A stretch of 64,000 bases of DNA, taken from Lingula anatina. Taxonomy: Eukaryota; Animalia; Brachiopoda. The position numbers were made by a program, and so were the translations under genes. Every line of letters starts with the position of its first letter. Position 1 is the first letter of the stretch. The notes beneath the pieces were generated by a model. That model searched no databases. It was not told the DNA's origin and saw only the letters and a program-made list of their open reading frames with translations. Below, one piece after another: positions 10,652-24,789 of this stretch. The stretch spans positions 23,210,534 through 23,274,533 of the forward strand of contig CM120644.1 of the NCBI GenBank assembly GCA_051362555.1, read 5' to 3'.

Positions 10652-13645
10652 GATTTACTTCTTCAATTCTCCGAACATTTTGACGTCAATTTTCTGAGAG
10701 AAGTGTTTGTCAAACAGTTCAGTAAATTTTACCAAAGAGCAGTGAGTAATGATTTTTACTAATGCCACCCTCCGGGGTTTTTTTATCAATGGCATTACAG
10801 TTGTATTTAAATAAGATACTTGATTTTGCACTGTAACTGAGCACATTTGGCTCTTTTTCAGATCCCTGAATTCATAGAGACAGAGAACGAAGAAGTGGGG
10901 ATGCTTTTGGCTAAAGGAAAACGATGGAAGCGATTGCGGTTAGTAAGCAACCCGTCGTTCTCCACCCTAAAAATGAAACAAGTAAGAATGAAAATGATTG
11001 TGGAAAGTAAACCGTTTGTTAAGAGACTAAACGTGTCGAGATAATATTTTTTTCTCTCACCAGAGAGCACACAAGTCAGTTGTGTGATTCAATTCCTAGT
11101 AATTGAGTAATGGTCGAATTTCCTAGAGGAATCGAAACACCCGAAGACACTACTAGTCTCTTTTAAACACGATTATTTATTTTACCATCTTTAAAGATGT
11201 CACAAGAGAAAACTAATAACATATACATGTAAACAACAATGTAAAAAAATAATTAAAAAAAATAAAATAATTAAAAAAAATTAAGAAGAACGTAACAAAA
11301 AAGTTTAACAAATGAAAATAAAAATACCTGTAAATTTATTTTTTTATGAATCCCTCTTGTAATATCTTTTAGTAGCATGGATTTGCCGGGAATTTTTAGG
11401 GCAATGCATACTTTACTTCAATTTTAATTGTTAAAACATACGTTGTAAGCTGCATGTGTGACTGCATTTTATTGCAGATATGGCTCCACTGATCCAGGAA
11501 TCGGTGAAGAGTTTCATGGAAGCTATGGAAAGGCGTTGCCAGGAGGGAATGCCGTTTAATATCCATGAGTAAGTAATGTCGAAATCATGTTTTACGTATT
11601 GAATAGCCAGTAACCAAAATTAGATGTCTGCATTAGGGTATCATTCAAGACCGTACGGTATACTTATAGTAATTAATCTCGATCTGTAATCATATGTAAA
11701 TAATCTCTCTCTCTCTCTCATGAAAAAAATAACTGAAGAACGACAAATCTGGCAGTAAATTCAGGTTATTTAATATGCCATTTCTTTATGTTATGCAATT
11801 TCAGTGAATTCCAAGGCCTCACCATGGAAGTCATCGGCTCGTGTGGTTTTGGGCTCGAGCTGAACTCAGTGCGAGATAAAACGTCACCATTTCTGGCAGC
11901 ATGTCGTGAATTCTTCGGCACGTCATCACTAGCGATGATGGCGCCCTTCTTTATTTCCGGTACGGATATGATCACGTCGTGACAAGGTCATCCATCTATT
12001 GGATAGCCTTAAGGTCAGAGTGTCAATTTGATGCCCTAATAATTTGGGCTTTGAAAACTGTATATAAACCCAAGGATCAATTATCACTGCATCGTTCATA
12101 TATCCTTTTTTTTTTTTTTTTTTACCTGATATGGCCTCCGGTAGGCACGTTGGGTTACACTACCCGTCAACCGTGTTCAGCAGATACAAAATATGTATGT
12201 GATCCATAGCTAATGTTCCTGATTGCAGGGATTTTTCCATCATTGACCAGCGTAGCCAAGTTGTGGAACAAATATCTGATGAGAAAGAGGAGGCATGACA
12301 TAGGTGCACTTGCCAGCGCTGCCATACAGTCCAGATTAAATAATCCAAAGGTATAATGAAATTATATTACTGGTAAAAACCTGTCATGGATTGGAATGAA
12401 TTATGTATAATAATAATGTGTTCTTAATACACCAGCAAGTAAGTAAATATAAAAAATTCTAAACGCAAATTAAAGCTCTCGACTTAAACGCCTCTATAAG
12501 TTTTGGGTTTTCTTGTATAATATATATACGCGTTAATAATCATAAAACCCTGGAATGACACGAGATAGCATATATCAGATAAAGTTAAAAAATATGAATG
12601 CATGCCCTCCCAGAAGCGTAAATGCATAGTATTTCAGTGACTTTTTTAAAAGTGGTTTACAACCACATGGTAAATTTTCAGTCTCGACGGGTAGATCTCC
12701 TACAGTTGATGTTGGACGCCAAAACTGACAATCTGGACTCGACTGTACTTCAGGCGATGACGGACAGTGACGTAATATCAACACAAGATGGAGTCGAGGC
12801 GGATCAGCAGAGCGACACTTCCTCATCTCAAAGAAGATATACACAAAAGGTGAAACTCACAGAAAAGGTAAAAAGACAATCTGGCGTATGTGGCTGCGTG
12901 TGTACGCGCGCGTTTGCGTTTGCGCACGTGTGTGTGTGTATGTGTGTGTGTGTGTGACTGTGTGTATCTAAGGAGGAATTCAGTGTTTTAGCTTTATTAA
13001 ATAGTGGTTGAAAATCCGCTCTTCGAAAAAAATGTATTATACCTACGTGCTACAAAAATATCCTTTAAATAATTTTGAGTGAAAAAGTTATATACGGAAT
13101 GAATTGGAATCAGTGGGTCTGTGATTTACTTGTTATGAAAACATGTCAGATGTTTGTAAACTGTTCTTGATTAAAAAAAAACAAACAAAAAAAACACAAA
13201 TATTGAAATATCACTTTAAACAAGTATTGACTAGAGAAATATTCACAGCCAGGAAAGGGTTATTGTATCAACATCTTGTTGATAATTACACAGTGCAATT
13301 GTATTTAAATAACCGGGAAGTCAATTTCCCAGAGAAATTAGGAATATGGGCTTTCATAACATAATCTAGCTGTGGAGACTGGAAGGTTCACAGACACAAA
13401 TAAAAAATTAAGAACCTGTAAATTATGTAATTTATACGATGTAGATGATGCATTTCACTTTATCCTTACATGCCCTCACTACAGTACGATTAGGCATAAA
13501 TACAACAGGACATTTTATTATACAAAGCCAAGCGTCTTTAAACTAATTAAATTATTATCACTTAACAATGTCTCACACTTAAAGAACTTGAGAAAGTTTT
13601 TTTTTTTAATATGCATTGGAGCTAAAATTAGGGTCACTCCGATGA

Positions 13646-13693
<48 letters not shown>

Positions 13694-14368
13694 TGCATCA
13701 GTAGTAGTTGTTTTTGTAGTGGTAGTTGAGTTGATGTGACTTTATGTTGTCAATGTATTCCATTCAGATGAGCCGTACGGCTGAAAGGTTTAATAAATCG
13801 AATTAATTGTTGACTTTTATTTCAATCTTTAGGAGATCCGGGCCAGTGTGTAACGTTTTTGTTCGCAGGGTATGAAACTACCAGCACCGCCCTGGCCTAC
13901 GCCGCCTACCGCCTAGCAACGAGTCCAGAGGCACAGAAAACTCTCCAGGAGGAGGTAGACCAATACTGCACTGAAGAGGTAAGTGTCTGCAGAGAAACAA
14001 CTCTCTTGAAGGGAAAGAATTATATATTGAAACAGTGTAGGAATATACCTAGTTGAATTCAGATAGTTCTATAGTAAAATAGTTGGATTCAGGCGGCGCC
14101 TTTGTACACACTTTTTTAAGTAAATGGCGGATGTACAAAATCAAGCCCTAAGATCCTATAAAATAATGTAGTGTTTAAAAGTAATTAAACTGCGGTAGGG
14201 AGATTAATTTCCAAGATGAGCCAGTTGTTACTAATAGTTTAAATCACATCGACGCAATTGTATCATGTTGTTGTTGTAATTATATTAATTGGGAATTAGA
14301 GATGTTCTGCTTCTTTTTTGTATAGTTTATTTAATCAGTTTGTCAGTTATATATCAAATATTATTTTT

Positions 14369-14438
<70 letters not shown>

Positions 14439-14607
14439 ATTCAAATAAATTATATAAATAAATAAAAATAATAGTGAACATAGTATGACAATACACATAG
14501 AACAAAAAAACAATGTAAAGAAGCTTATGCACACATACATACAGCGCACGTGCAGTCATGTTCGCTCGTTTCCTCATCTGTACGTCAACTGTACAGCAAT
14601 TATTTTC

Positions 14608-14652
<45 letters not shown>

Positions 14653-16389
14653 GTAATCCAATGAAAGTAAGTAGTTGAGAAGATGTAAAGCAAAGTTTGA
14701 AAATCGAAAGCTAAAAGCAAACTGCTCATCAAACTTACACTTATTTGGATACATGAACTAACTACACGTGTAATAGATGCACATTTATTCGAGCACTTTA
14801 CATCATTTTCAAACTAAGCACTTTTTTCAATCAGCTTGAAAAACTATGTATGACATATAGAAACTCTTTTAGGGTCCTCCATCGTATGAGACCATAAGTA
14901 AGATGCAGTATTTGGACATGTTCTTAAGGGAAGCGCTGCGACTACACCCTATCGCTCCAGAGTAAGTAGCCTCACTAATGCAAAATAAATCCAATTTTAT
15001 TCTATATAAAAGTTGCGCATAAGCAGCAGCCATATCTCATTTTGCGCTACAGTACCTAACCGTTAGGGGCCATTCATTTTTGCCCTCATTCTCACACGTC
15101 TTCAAAGAGTACACATTTTCCAGACCCTTCGCAAGGTGAAGGTTAAAAAGGTGACCTTCGCCAACACACCCCTAGGTCTGTGATCATCATTTTATTTTCC
15201 CAAAGCACACAGAAGGCATTACCATCAGTGTACGGTTTGTAGACTTGTGAAAATAATGATAAAATGAATAACTCTGTAGTCAACCATAGGGAGCACGTGC
15301 TTTGTCCTGTAATTTTCCCTTACAACAGCCACGCACTAAAAACGAATTCTAAAAAAAAAAATGAGATAATTATTTCGATATAATAGGTTTTTTGATACCT
15401 CGTGTCGTAATAATTAAAAGTAAGAGTTCCTGAAAAAGTGGTGCGATCATTTTTAAAGGATTGAATCGCATCGGCTGATGCGTAATGAATTTTAATTCAA
15501 ATTAAATTTTTAATTCAAATTAAAATTTGTCAAACTACATCTATAAACTAGTATGTTTTCATTAGTGGACCACGGAGAACTACACAGGAATCCAGCACAG
15601 TGATGGGTGTTCACATCCCCAAAGGCATGAGTGTTCGCTGTAACATATACAGTATCCACATGGATCCTGAGCACTGGGCACCCCCAGACCCCAGCCTCTT
15701 CCGTCCTGAACGGTAAGGTGCTGCCATCTATCGATAATCATTGGATTTTGCTATTTATTTGAAGAAAGGTTTTGATTCTTTTTATTTTGACTTGATTTTT
15801 TTATTTGTTTATTTTATTTATTTTTAGACAAAGGTGAAACTTTAATTGAATCTCATTTTGGAGTTAACGTTTGAAATGTTTGAGGTATTAACATTCAAGA
15901 CTTATCACATTACCTTTTTCGTGTCAGTGACATATTCATCTTCATAATTACTATTGCACAAATTCATTTTTGAGTCAAATTTAAGCATGCTTGTTTCCGC
16001 CCTGTAATTTGAAAGTCTAATGACCTCAGCCAGGCGCATTCATGCTCTACAATAGTCGTGGGTAAACCAGGTACACGTGACATGATGTAACTCTACGTCA
16101 TCTTTGTGTTGTTCTTCTATCCAGGTTCACGGCAGAGAGGGTTGCTAAGCGTCACCCCATGGCCTGGCTTCCATTTGGGGCAGGCCCCAAAAACTGCATT
16201 GGTATGAGGTTCGCCCTGATGGAGGCCAAGATGACCTTGGCGTGTCTCGTGAAGAAGTTCAGCGTTGAGACCTGTGCTGAGACGCAGATTCCAGTGGTTC
16301 ACGTGGCTAGGGGCACAGTGCAGCCGGAGAAAGGTGTCACCGTGCGTCTTGCAAGGCGGAATGCGGTGGGCAATAAGACTACAAAGTAG
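10652..16389 (+). pseudogene. CYP clan-3 pseudogene B (coding exons 4-13; exons 1-3 missing; three frameshifts)
   Basis: Exons are 10652-10741, 10862-10981, 11478-11568, 11805-11959, 12229-12350, 12682-12867, 13833-13978, 14873-14961, 15566-15712 and 16125-16389. Motifs [21 protein letters not shown] and [10 protein letters not shown] are present. Relative to the intact paralogs, exon 4 is 7 nt shorter, exon 6 is 2 nt longer and exon 10 is 1 nt shorter. Confidence 0.88.
12975..13693 (+). mobile_element. Decayed LINE 3' end with (TAT)n tail in an intron of pseudogene B
   Basis: HNLAVETGRF...RTCKLCNLYDVDDAFHFILTCPHY is a LINE ORF2 C-terminal CCHC motif, and a (TAT)n microsatellite follows. The start boundary is approximate. 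Confidence 0.75.
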
Positions 16390-16604
16390 ACATATTAGTT
16401 GAACATATTCACAAAGTTCCATAGCAAGTGTCACGATTGACGATGTTGTATGACTTATATCTTTCAGAAACAATTAGCTTACATGTTTAAAGTAGAAAAA
16501 ATTGAGAAATGTGTTCCGTTTAAAATGTTCTATTGTGCGGATGGGTGTCGAATTTAGTTGACAAAGAAGGGCATTGTATTTGAAAGACATCAAAAAGGAT
16601 GACT

Positions 16605-16712
16605 ATTAACGTGAACAAGTTTTAAAATATGTATATGATTTATTTAAAATTAAAATACATCCCTTAATATTTTATAAATATATTTTTACAGATATATTAA
16701 GTCTCTCTACAT

Positions 16713-16748
<36 letters not shown>

Positions 16749-17065
16749 CACTTGCTTGGGTGTTATATATTTCAGAATCATCAGTTAGGATTACTATTTC
16801 TGTGAACAAGTTTTAAGATATGTTTATAAAAATCTTTATATGTCCCTTAATATCTTATCAATGTATTTTTCAAATATATTAAGTCACTTTGCATGTTTTT
16901 TAAGAACACTAGCTACACGGTTGGGTGTTTTATATTGCAGAGTCATCAGTTATGCTTACTATTTCTGTGAACATGTTTTAAGATATGTTTTTAAATAACT
17001 TTAACTTAAAATATGTCCCTCAATATGTTATCAGTGTAATTTTACAGATATATTGTCACTTTCCT
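16605..17065. repeat. Degenerate tandem repeat of about 165-190 bp, roughly 3 copies, downstream of pseudogene B
   Basis: gtgaaca(a)gttttaa(g/a)atatg...tccct(t/c)aatat...ttttacagatatatt recurs near 16611, 16802 and 16967. Confidence 0.65.
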
Positions 17066-18174
17066 TGTTTTTCTTTTCTTTTTTTTTTTTTTTTTTTTTC
17101 AAAAGAACACTGACTAGGGTGTAATATCCCTCGTAATTCCAGCTCTACAGTACGTTGGTATATAGATGTATGTATACCAATGCAAAGTGATGGACAAAAA
17201 TAATATTGCGTTTTCTTTTTTTTTATGTAAAAGTCGATTTATCAATGCGTTGTATTGTCCAATCTCACCGCTTTATTGATTTACAAGTTCCTAGAATGAC
17301 AATAATTTGTCAAACTTTCGCGACAGTTTCTGGAAAGGGGTTAATACACAGTAGACTTGGTTAAGTTCCACACACGTTACTGGTATGTCTGTTCTTTCCA
17401 TGGTAAACACACTATATCTTTAGTAATGGTTGTTGTTGATATCCACTTTATTCGCGCCCTCTTAAGAAACTAAGAATGCACGACCGACTAGCCAAAGGTG
17501 TTCAAAAATAAGCTTAATAAATGTATACTGTGCACGCTAACAAAGGTCCGCTATAAGCCACAATTTTATTACAGGTTGAAATCCCTCAGTACAAATAACC
17601 AAGGGCAACACAAATGTCTTATGGCGTCCTCCACGCTTCCATACTAAAACTAGGTGAATCGTTATTGGCTGAGAGGCACTGTTGTTTTCAACAAACGCCT
17701 CCAACTGAATGGCGTCGTCCACTAGCAAAACGACGCTACGACAACGTCGTCAAAGCTGTTAAAATGGAGACGGTTGCACGGATTTGACACTTCCTCGACA
17801 CTGTAGAAGAGTTAACGGACCGTTTATGCACGGTGGCATAGCACGGGTATTTACTGCAATCAGGATTAGAGGACCAAAGATGGGCCTTCTTCTATAGAAG
17901 CGACATTACTTTAACCGTCGGCAACCTCCCACTGTCCCGTCCCTTCTTCCTGGATCCCCCAGTAAATATACTGTACCACAAGTGGCATCATTTGAACCCT
18001 CTGGACCCTCCTACTGTGTCGTCCCTCTCCCTTGATCCCCACTAAATATATCCCAAGCGACAATCATTTTAGCCCTTTTAACCATTTGAGTGATATGTGG
18101 ACTCTATAAATACACTCTAGCATTTCATCCCAAGTGTTGAACACATGTTTTTCTTCACATTTATATTATGTTCT

Positions 18175-18241
<67 letters not shown>

Positions 18242-19112
18242 TATTTTTGATGCAGCAATATTTTTTCTTCTTAGTAACTATAACTCAGCTGTGTCTTTGT
18301 GCCCTATTTTTATTCTCTTAAGAAATTCCAATGTCAAAAAAAAAAAAACTTTTACACTCGTTATTCAGAAAAAACTCAAAGCTGAATATTGTCTTTCTAC
18401 CAATTACCACGTTTAAAATACTGTAACTGTAAACAGAAAATATCCCTTTCACGCATTACAAATTTAAATTTACCATGCATTCAAAATTTTCAAATTGTGT
18501 CTTACGATTACACCCCTCAAATATATATAATTAACTAAATAATTATGCAAAAAGAACACCAAAAGATATACATTGAACTGAAACATTATCATCTTCCAAT
18601 CCACAAATTACAATTAAATTAGATAGAGTGGAATTGCATCGTAAGTACCCCATGTTCCGTGTTCCTGTGACATCCAGTTACCAGTTCAATAACATGAAAT
18701 TAGAAATACTGTAAACGTCAAAGCCACAAATTACAGGCTGCACAGCGACAGATATATCTTTACTTCAAAAAACTTCCAATAAGCACTTTGACTACGGTGT
18801 TCAAAATTTAATGTTGTGAAAAAAAAAAAAAAAAAAAAAAAAAAAAACACCAAGCCCATTGACAAAGTGGACAGTCATTCTTTTTGGAAGCTATGAAAAG
18901 AAACCTTCAAGTCACTCAGACCCAAATGTTTATAGAGAAAAATAACTGAAACTGCAGTTGGTGCTTCCCATTTTCAGTGCTCATAGTCCGTATTCATATG
19001 GAATTCAGTCCTGGTTTTTGACTGTGTATACATTGCTGTATTGTTTGTCCGTATTCAATATTTCCCCACCGTCAATGTGTTTCCGCTGTGTGTGTTATTG
19101 TCACTGTATCTT

Positions 19113-20411
19113 TTATGGTCGTTCAGGTAACAAGAAAGGTTTCCATGGCGGCAGACCAGGTGGGATCAAGTCGTCATAGTCGTTGGTCGCGTTCCCATTG
19201 TAGTCTCCGCAGATTCCACGTACCCCCAGGGCAGAGGCGCAATGTTTGCCAGTCATTTCTATCTCAACCGTGTGCAGGTAGACACTGACAGTCATTGGAA
19301 CTGCATGGCAAACTATGAAGTACCCTCTAGGTGCAAGACTATCCCCTGTGACAAGTCCACCGGCATATACGAAAGGTGTATCAATAATTTCGCCTGTGCC
19401 TCGTTTCTGGAAGGAAAATGCAAAAGATGTTGTTTTTTTCTGAATCACAGAAACAGTATAAACTACTGCAACATTTCTACAAGATAGGGTAGAACTAGGA
19501 AGATAGAAGTGGAATAGGGCTGGGGCTACATCTGACTCGGTTCGGGAAGGCAAATGCAAACCATTTTTTAAAAAATGCAATATTTATAATGAATAGCAAG
19601 CAGTTAATTAACAATATCGATTGTACTGCACTGAAATGAAATTCATATGAGAGAGAGAGAGAAAGACAGAGAGGGACGGAGGGAGGGAGCGACAGCAAGG
19701 AACGTACTACATGGACTTAATAGGTGGGTTTAAAATGTGTTAACTGAATTGAAAACTAAAATTAAAAAAAACTCACCAACAACGTCACATTTGAGCCTAA
19801 ATCAGCCTGGAAAAATTCACCTGAACACCCCACGAAAACTCGTTTGATGCGTGTTCTTGGTCCCCCATTAAATAACTCTTGCTCCGTGACCACCCACCAA
19901 CGACTACCCGTCCACGACATGACCATGATGCCGAATTTCGTAACGACTGGTAGACTGATAGTTTGAACAGGAGTGTTATAACTGAAGTGCAGGCCGTCAA
20001 ACGTCTTGTAGCGAACATCGCCTCGTGCCCAACAAGTGGCATTCGGAACTAAATGAACAGAAGATTCCAATTTTAAGTACATTCTAAAGGTATCAATGAA
20101 TAATTATCTCAGCTTCAGATGGTTAAAATGTTTAAGTTACGTGTTCTGTTGGCTAAAGGGTTGTGAGAATAGTGGAAATGAAGCAGGCTTCTAAATTAAA
20201 ATAAATAAATAAAATAAAATAACAATAATACTAAAAGAAAAAAAAATCAACCAACATTTCGAACCTAACTTAGGTTAAATTTCCCGTGCTGCTTCCATGT
20301 AGTATACGAAATCGCACTAGTTCTAGGCCTGGATAAAATAAGAAATCCCCGTGTTGTGTGGTTCGTGAAATTACATGTAATTTTATTAAAAGTAAAACGC
20401 CGAAAAGGCAG

Positions 20412-20502
<91 letters not shown>

Positions 20503-21008
20503 GTTTTAATTACTCCTAAACTGTCGCACTGTCGTTAAGAGAGACAGAAGAATAACTTGATCCTGCAATCTCAAAACTTATAGAAACATGCTTTTAATTT
20601 TTTTGTCATGTTTGATTTTTAAATCCCTGAATAGGATAGAATGTAGGAAACAAATTAAATCATTTATCCATTGAGGAAATCATATGCATGCTTAAAAGTT
20701 AACTGACAAAAAGAGGTTTTCAAGTTCATTTTCTTCATCAAATATGTGTCTTTCTATGCCATTGAGAATCACGAAGAACACTAAAATCAACAAGCTACTA
20801 AAAGGAGTGTTGCGTTTCTCTGGTATTAAAACTGTCATATCTACTTACGTTCATAATAAACTTCAGGTGCCAAAGATTCGCTGCCTTCAAGTGGTGCCAT
20901 ATTAGCTTCAATTTCATCAAATTCCTCGTCGTATACCGCCGCACTAGGCCCAACGCACTGGCAAATCAGCAGTATGGCCACGGCCAGGGAAATAAGTTGT
21001 CGATCCAT
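19113..21008 (-). CDS. Secreted single von Willebrand factor type D (VWD) domain protein, about 241 aa, 3 exons
   Basis: Exons are 20849-21008 (signal peptide MDRQLISLAVAILLICQCVGPSAA plus an acidic linker), 19777-20048 (ATCWARGDVRYKTFDGLHFSY) and 19113-19406 (GICGDYNGNATND then stop). GT-AG sites and phases (1, 0) join into an open 726-nt frame. Confidence 0.85.
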
Positions 21009-22465
21009 GATGTCGCCAAGCAGCTGTGTCAGCAGTCGTCACTGTAAAGCTTTTTAAAGTCCTCGCGTTTATCAAATTTTCATTACGACGGAACAGAAAC
21101 TACCAATGAACGTTTTGATGAATATTAATGTTGACGTCATCAGAGTTAAAAAAATTGTTTACGCTTGTCCCATGCCTTACTTTTATTTTCTTCTGTTCGT
21201 AGAATTCTGGAAAAGAGTCAAGGTGAAGATTTTAGTTGTTTTAGTTGTTGAATCCTTATTACATGTCCCCCCGGAAGCTAGGTCAAAACGCTTTTACCCT
21301 ATTCTCATATGCAATGGATCCCAAACTAAATATATGTCGCGTAGGTATGAAAGAGTGAAATAATTCTGGCTAGGTTGAATGCTTATTTTGTGGATTCTGG
21401 GAGAGTAACATTGTTTTTATATTCACTGCTCATGTTACCCTAGATTCAAGAATTCAGTTTTGCCAGCTCGATCTTGATTTCGTACAACAATGCTGACTCT
21501 AGCCACCGGAGGCATACTGGGGCGTATTCGGCAAAATTTTGCCTGGGGCGCTTCCATATTTGGAAGTCACGTGTCTCGTACCTTAAGGCTCCGTCCCGCC
21601 TAGAGACGACGTCATCTCGTGCAGACGAGACAAAGAAGCATAATGGCTGACGCTAAGTTTGAAGTTTGAACTAAGACTACCTTGCGATCGAAAATCAGTG
21701 CCAAAACACGAGCATCTTTCTGCTTTAAAAACTGATTTTTCGTGTAGCCGCACAGTCCTTATAGTGGTATCGGACATCCAGTGTAGCTGTCAAACTTGGC
21801 ACACGGCAAGCACGTGTATTGTGTTAATATCTCCAGGAGCAAATGTTTTGATTAGCCAAATTATATTATATATTTTTCAATTCACATTTTAAATGCGGTA
21901 AATAAAATTAAATAAAGCAAAATTAAATAAGCTTTTCGTTTCATTTTGAACTTAAATTTTGACATTCAACCGCAGATTCACGGCGGAGCAGTTCCTTTCA
22001 TTGACGGATACTCAAGACTGTCGTTGTTTTTCAGGGGCACTGTAAGGCTACCACATGAAAAAAGTATATGTTAGCAAGCTAACTATAGGCCTATAGTCCC
22101 CTGTCACTTAGGGCAGTTCATGTTGGAATAAGTGATCTCATCTAGTCATCTATCCATGTTAAAGGTTCACGTGATTGTAGACTTTACAGATGTCCTTTAT
22201 TTCTACACATGTAGTTCTTGTTCCTTTTCTAGACACATATCAACTTCTCTTCGCAATCAATAATTGTAAATCAATCATGTCAAAATTATGTCTAGAACTT
22301 TTTAACAGGACTTGATGAACTACCATTTTAATATCTGCATGATATAAAACAGTTTTAGTTGATCTTCCCTCTTCTTATATTGGCTCTTTATGTTGTACAT
22401 AGCCATATATATATATTTATACTGTGAAGTCTACTGAATATAATTGGATTTAAGATTTTATTTAA

Positions 22466-22496
<31 letters not shown>

Positions 22497-22513
22497 GTAA
22501 GTAAATAATAATA

Positions 22514-22561
<48 letters not shown>

Positions 22562-23222
22562 AGTCAGAATCAAATGATTCGAAATTGATCAGAGTCCGTA
22601 CCAAAAGACAAACAAGCGACCACATGAACAGTCGGTAATTCAATAGTAAAGGCCGTATCTGATTTCACACTGACGCTAATACCATTATATGTATGAAAGA
22701 CTGTTCAATTCTGTCTGAACACATTTGATTCCTAATCATGTCTTTTGCTTTCCTGGCCAATTCTATATGTGTTGAAGGAATGCACGTTTTGTATTAGCAA
22801 CAAAGATGAGTGTTGAGAGTTTCTTATTTGCCATGGCTCATGTAATTTTACCCCCTTCCTTCCGTCACTTAATAAGCAAAATATATATTTTTTCCAACGA
22901 CCATATGCTAGCTGCCATATCTTTTTCTCGGAATATCTTAATTACTGTAAAGGCGTTGAGGTAAAATATGATGAAAAAAAGCAAAGATGTCGTATATTTA
23001 ATGAAGTGATGGAGCCGAAAGGTTTCTTCTTGCCAGTATAAGATTAACATAAAACCTCCAATGCCTAAATAATTAAATCATTTTTTCCTACGTTCTATCG
23101 AATTCGAATTATTATATATGTTATGTGTCAAATAAAGCATTGTATGTATGAAAAATGAACGTTTAACTTTCTTTAAAATTCGTTTCTGATATTATTTAGA
23201 AGTTTGTTTTAAAAGCAACCTG

Positions 23223-24173
23223 GGCCCGGTTTCATCAAGGCTGGATAGCGCTATCCTATGGATAAAAATGGCTGCTCTCCTCTGGATAGAGCTATCCAGA
23301 GGATAGTGAGTTTCATCAACAGTGGATAGCGTTATCCAGGGGATAAATCAGCTTATCCAGAGGATAAAGTTGTCCGCCCGAAATAGGTGGGATAAATCTG
23401 CTAGCATGCTGTTAAATCATCAAAAATGGCTAACCTGCTTGGTTTGGCAGTAAATCCTGTGAGATTTCACAGGCGGAGAATAATTAGAAAGATAATTTTA
23501 AAAGATGTGTGTTTGCTTTTAATGCTTTGAGTGATGCTGAAACAGATTACATAACAGACTTGATCAAAGTTGACATCGCGCCTGCTACGAACAGAACCCA
23601 TGCAATCTCCATGAGAGACCAATTATATTTTATTTTACTAAAACAAACCTTTTAAATCGACGAAAAAACTCTACACTGCTATTGACATAAACTGCCAAAC
23701 ATGCCAAGTCAGCCATTTTGTTAGAAAGTATGTCACGACCTTGCCCTTCAACTGCAAATTGTAAACATTGCATGAGGCACAACTAATGCAATGTGATGTG
23801 TTTTTGACACTGACACTAAAATATGCTGTAGATATTATAGTCCCATTATTTTAATGAATGTACCATCTTGAAATATACTTAGAATATTGTTAATCATGGG
23901 TAATTTATTTTCCAAATATGGTATAGATTACTTTTTGGTTAGCAACTATCATGGCTTTTATAATGTTTATAGCAACCAACTGCATTATGGGAATGTCTTT
24001 TTCTAAATATGGCATTGGATAAGTTGTTATCCATTGGATTACTATCATGCTGTTTATCCAGCCTTTGTGAAACACAAATTTATACAGAGGATAACTATAC
24101 AGAGGATAAGAAATTTATACACTGGATAGTGTTATCCCTAGGATAGCCTATCCAGCCTTGATGAAACCGGGCC
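23223..24173 (+). mobile_element. Non-autonomous PIF/Harbinger transposon (about 950 bp)
   Basis: Perfect TIRs ggcccggtttcatcaaggctggatag / ctatccagccttgatgaaaccgggcc are flanked by a CTG target duplication. Subterminal ggata/tatcc repeats are present, and the internal DIAPATNRTHAISMRDQ resembles a Harbinger transposase N-terminus. Confidence 0.88.
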
Positions 24174-24558
24174 CTGATGTTGTGGAGCAGATTGAGCCAT
24201 AAATACAATGTACATCATAAATATTCATCGTTTCTTTTATTAAGCGTTTTATCATGATCATTAAATTTATTTGGCCACTTAATACATTATAGTATGCTGC
24301 CAGTCGCCTAGGCTATTTTACTCATAACTATAATAGGGCTATTTCTCACAGAAATCTCACTAAATGTATAATTCTGTCTGTCATGAAATCGTTTGGATAT
24401 TCCTTGTTTAATTCCCCGTTATTAGTTGCCTCTTCCAAAATCTCCTACCATTTGTTGTCGACATCAGATCCTTTTTTCAGTTTATAAATCTTTTTCTCCT
24501 TGGGTATTAATACCCTGAATCTAACAGACATCACTGATAATACTTTACAGTTTCTACC

Positions 24559-24634
<76 letters not shown>

Positions 24635-24789
24635 CGCGCATGTGCTTTTTATATAATTTGCCTTCATTAACGTCCACCTTATCTTACGTGTTTTACCTCC
24701 TGTACACGTCTCATTCTCATTCTACAACATCATCATCATCAATGTCATATTTATCCTTGGCACACTGTCAGTGCTTTTTTCCCAAACTA

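Noticed and set aside
18168-18416. ORFs with poly-YI, poly-Y, poly-K, poly-N or HT/CV runs (also near 4005, 14437, 20356, 22388, 39769, 52953, 61275)
   Set aside because: They are translations of (AT)n, (TAT)n, poly-A and (GT)n microsatellites.
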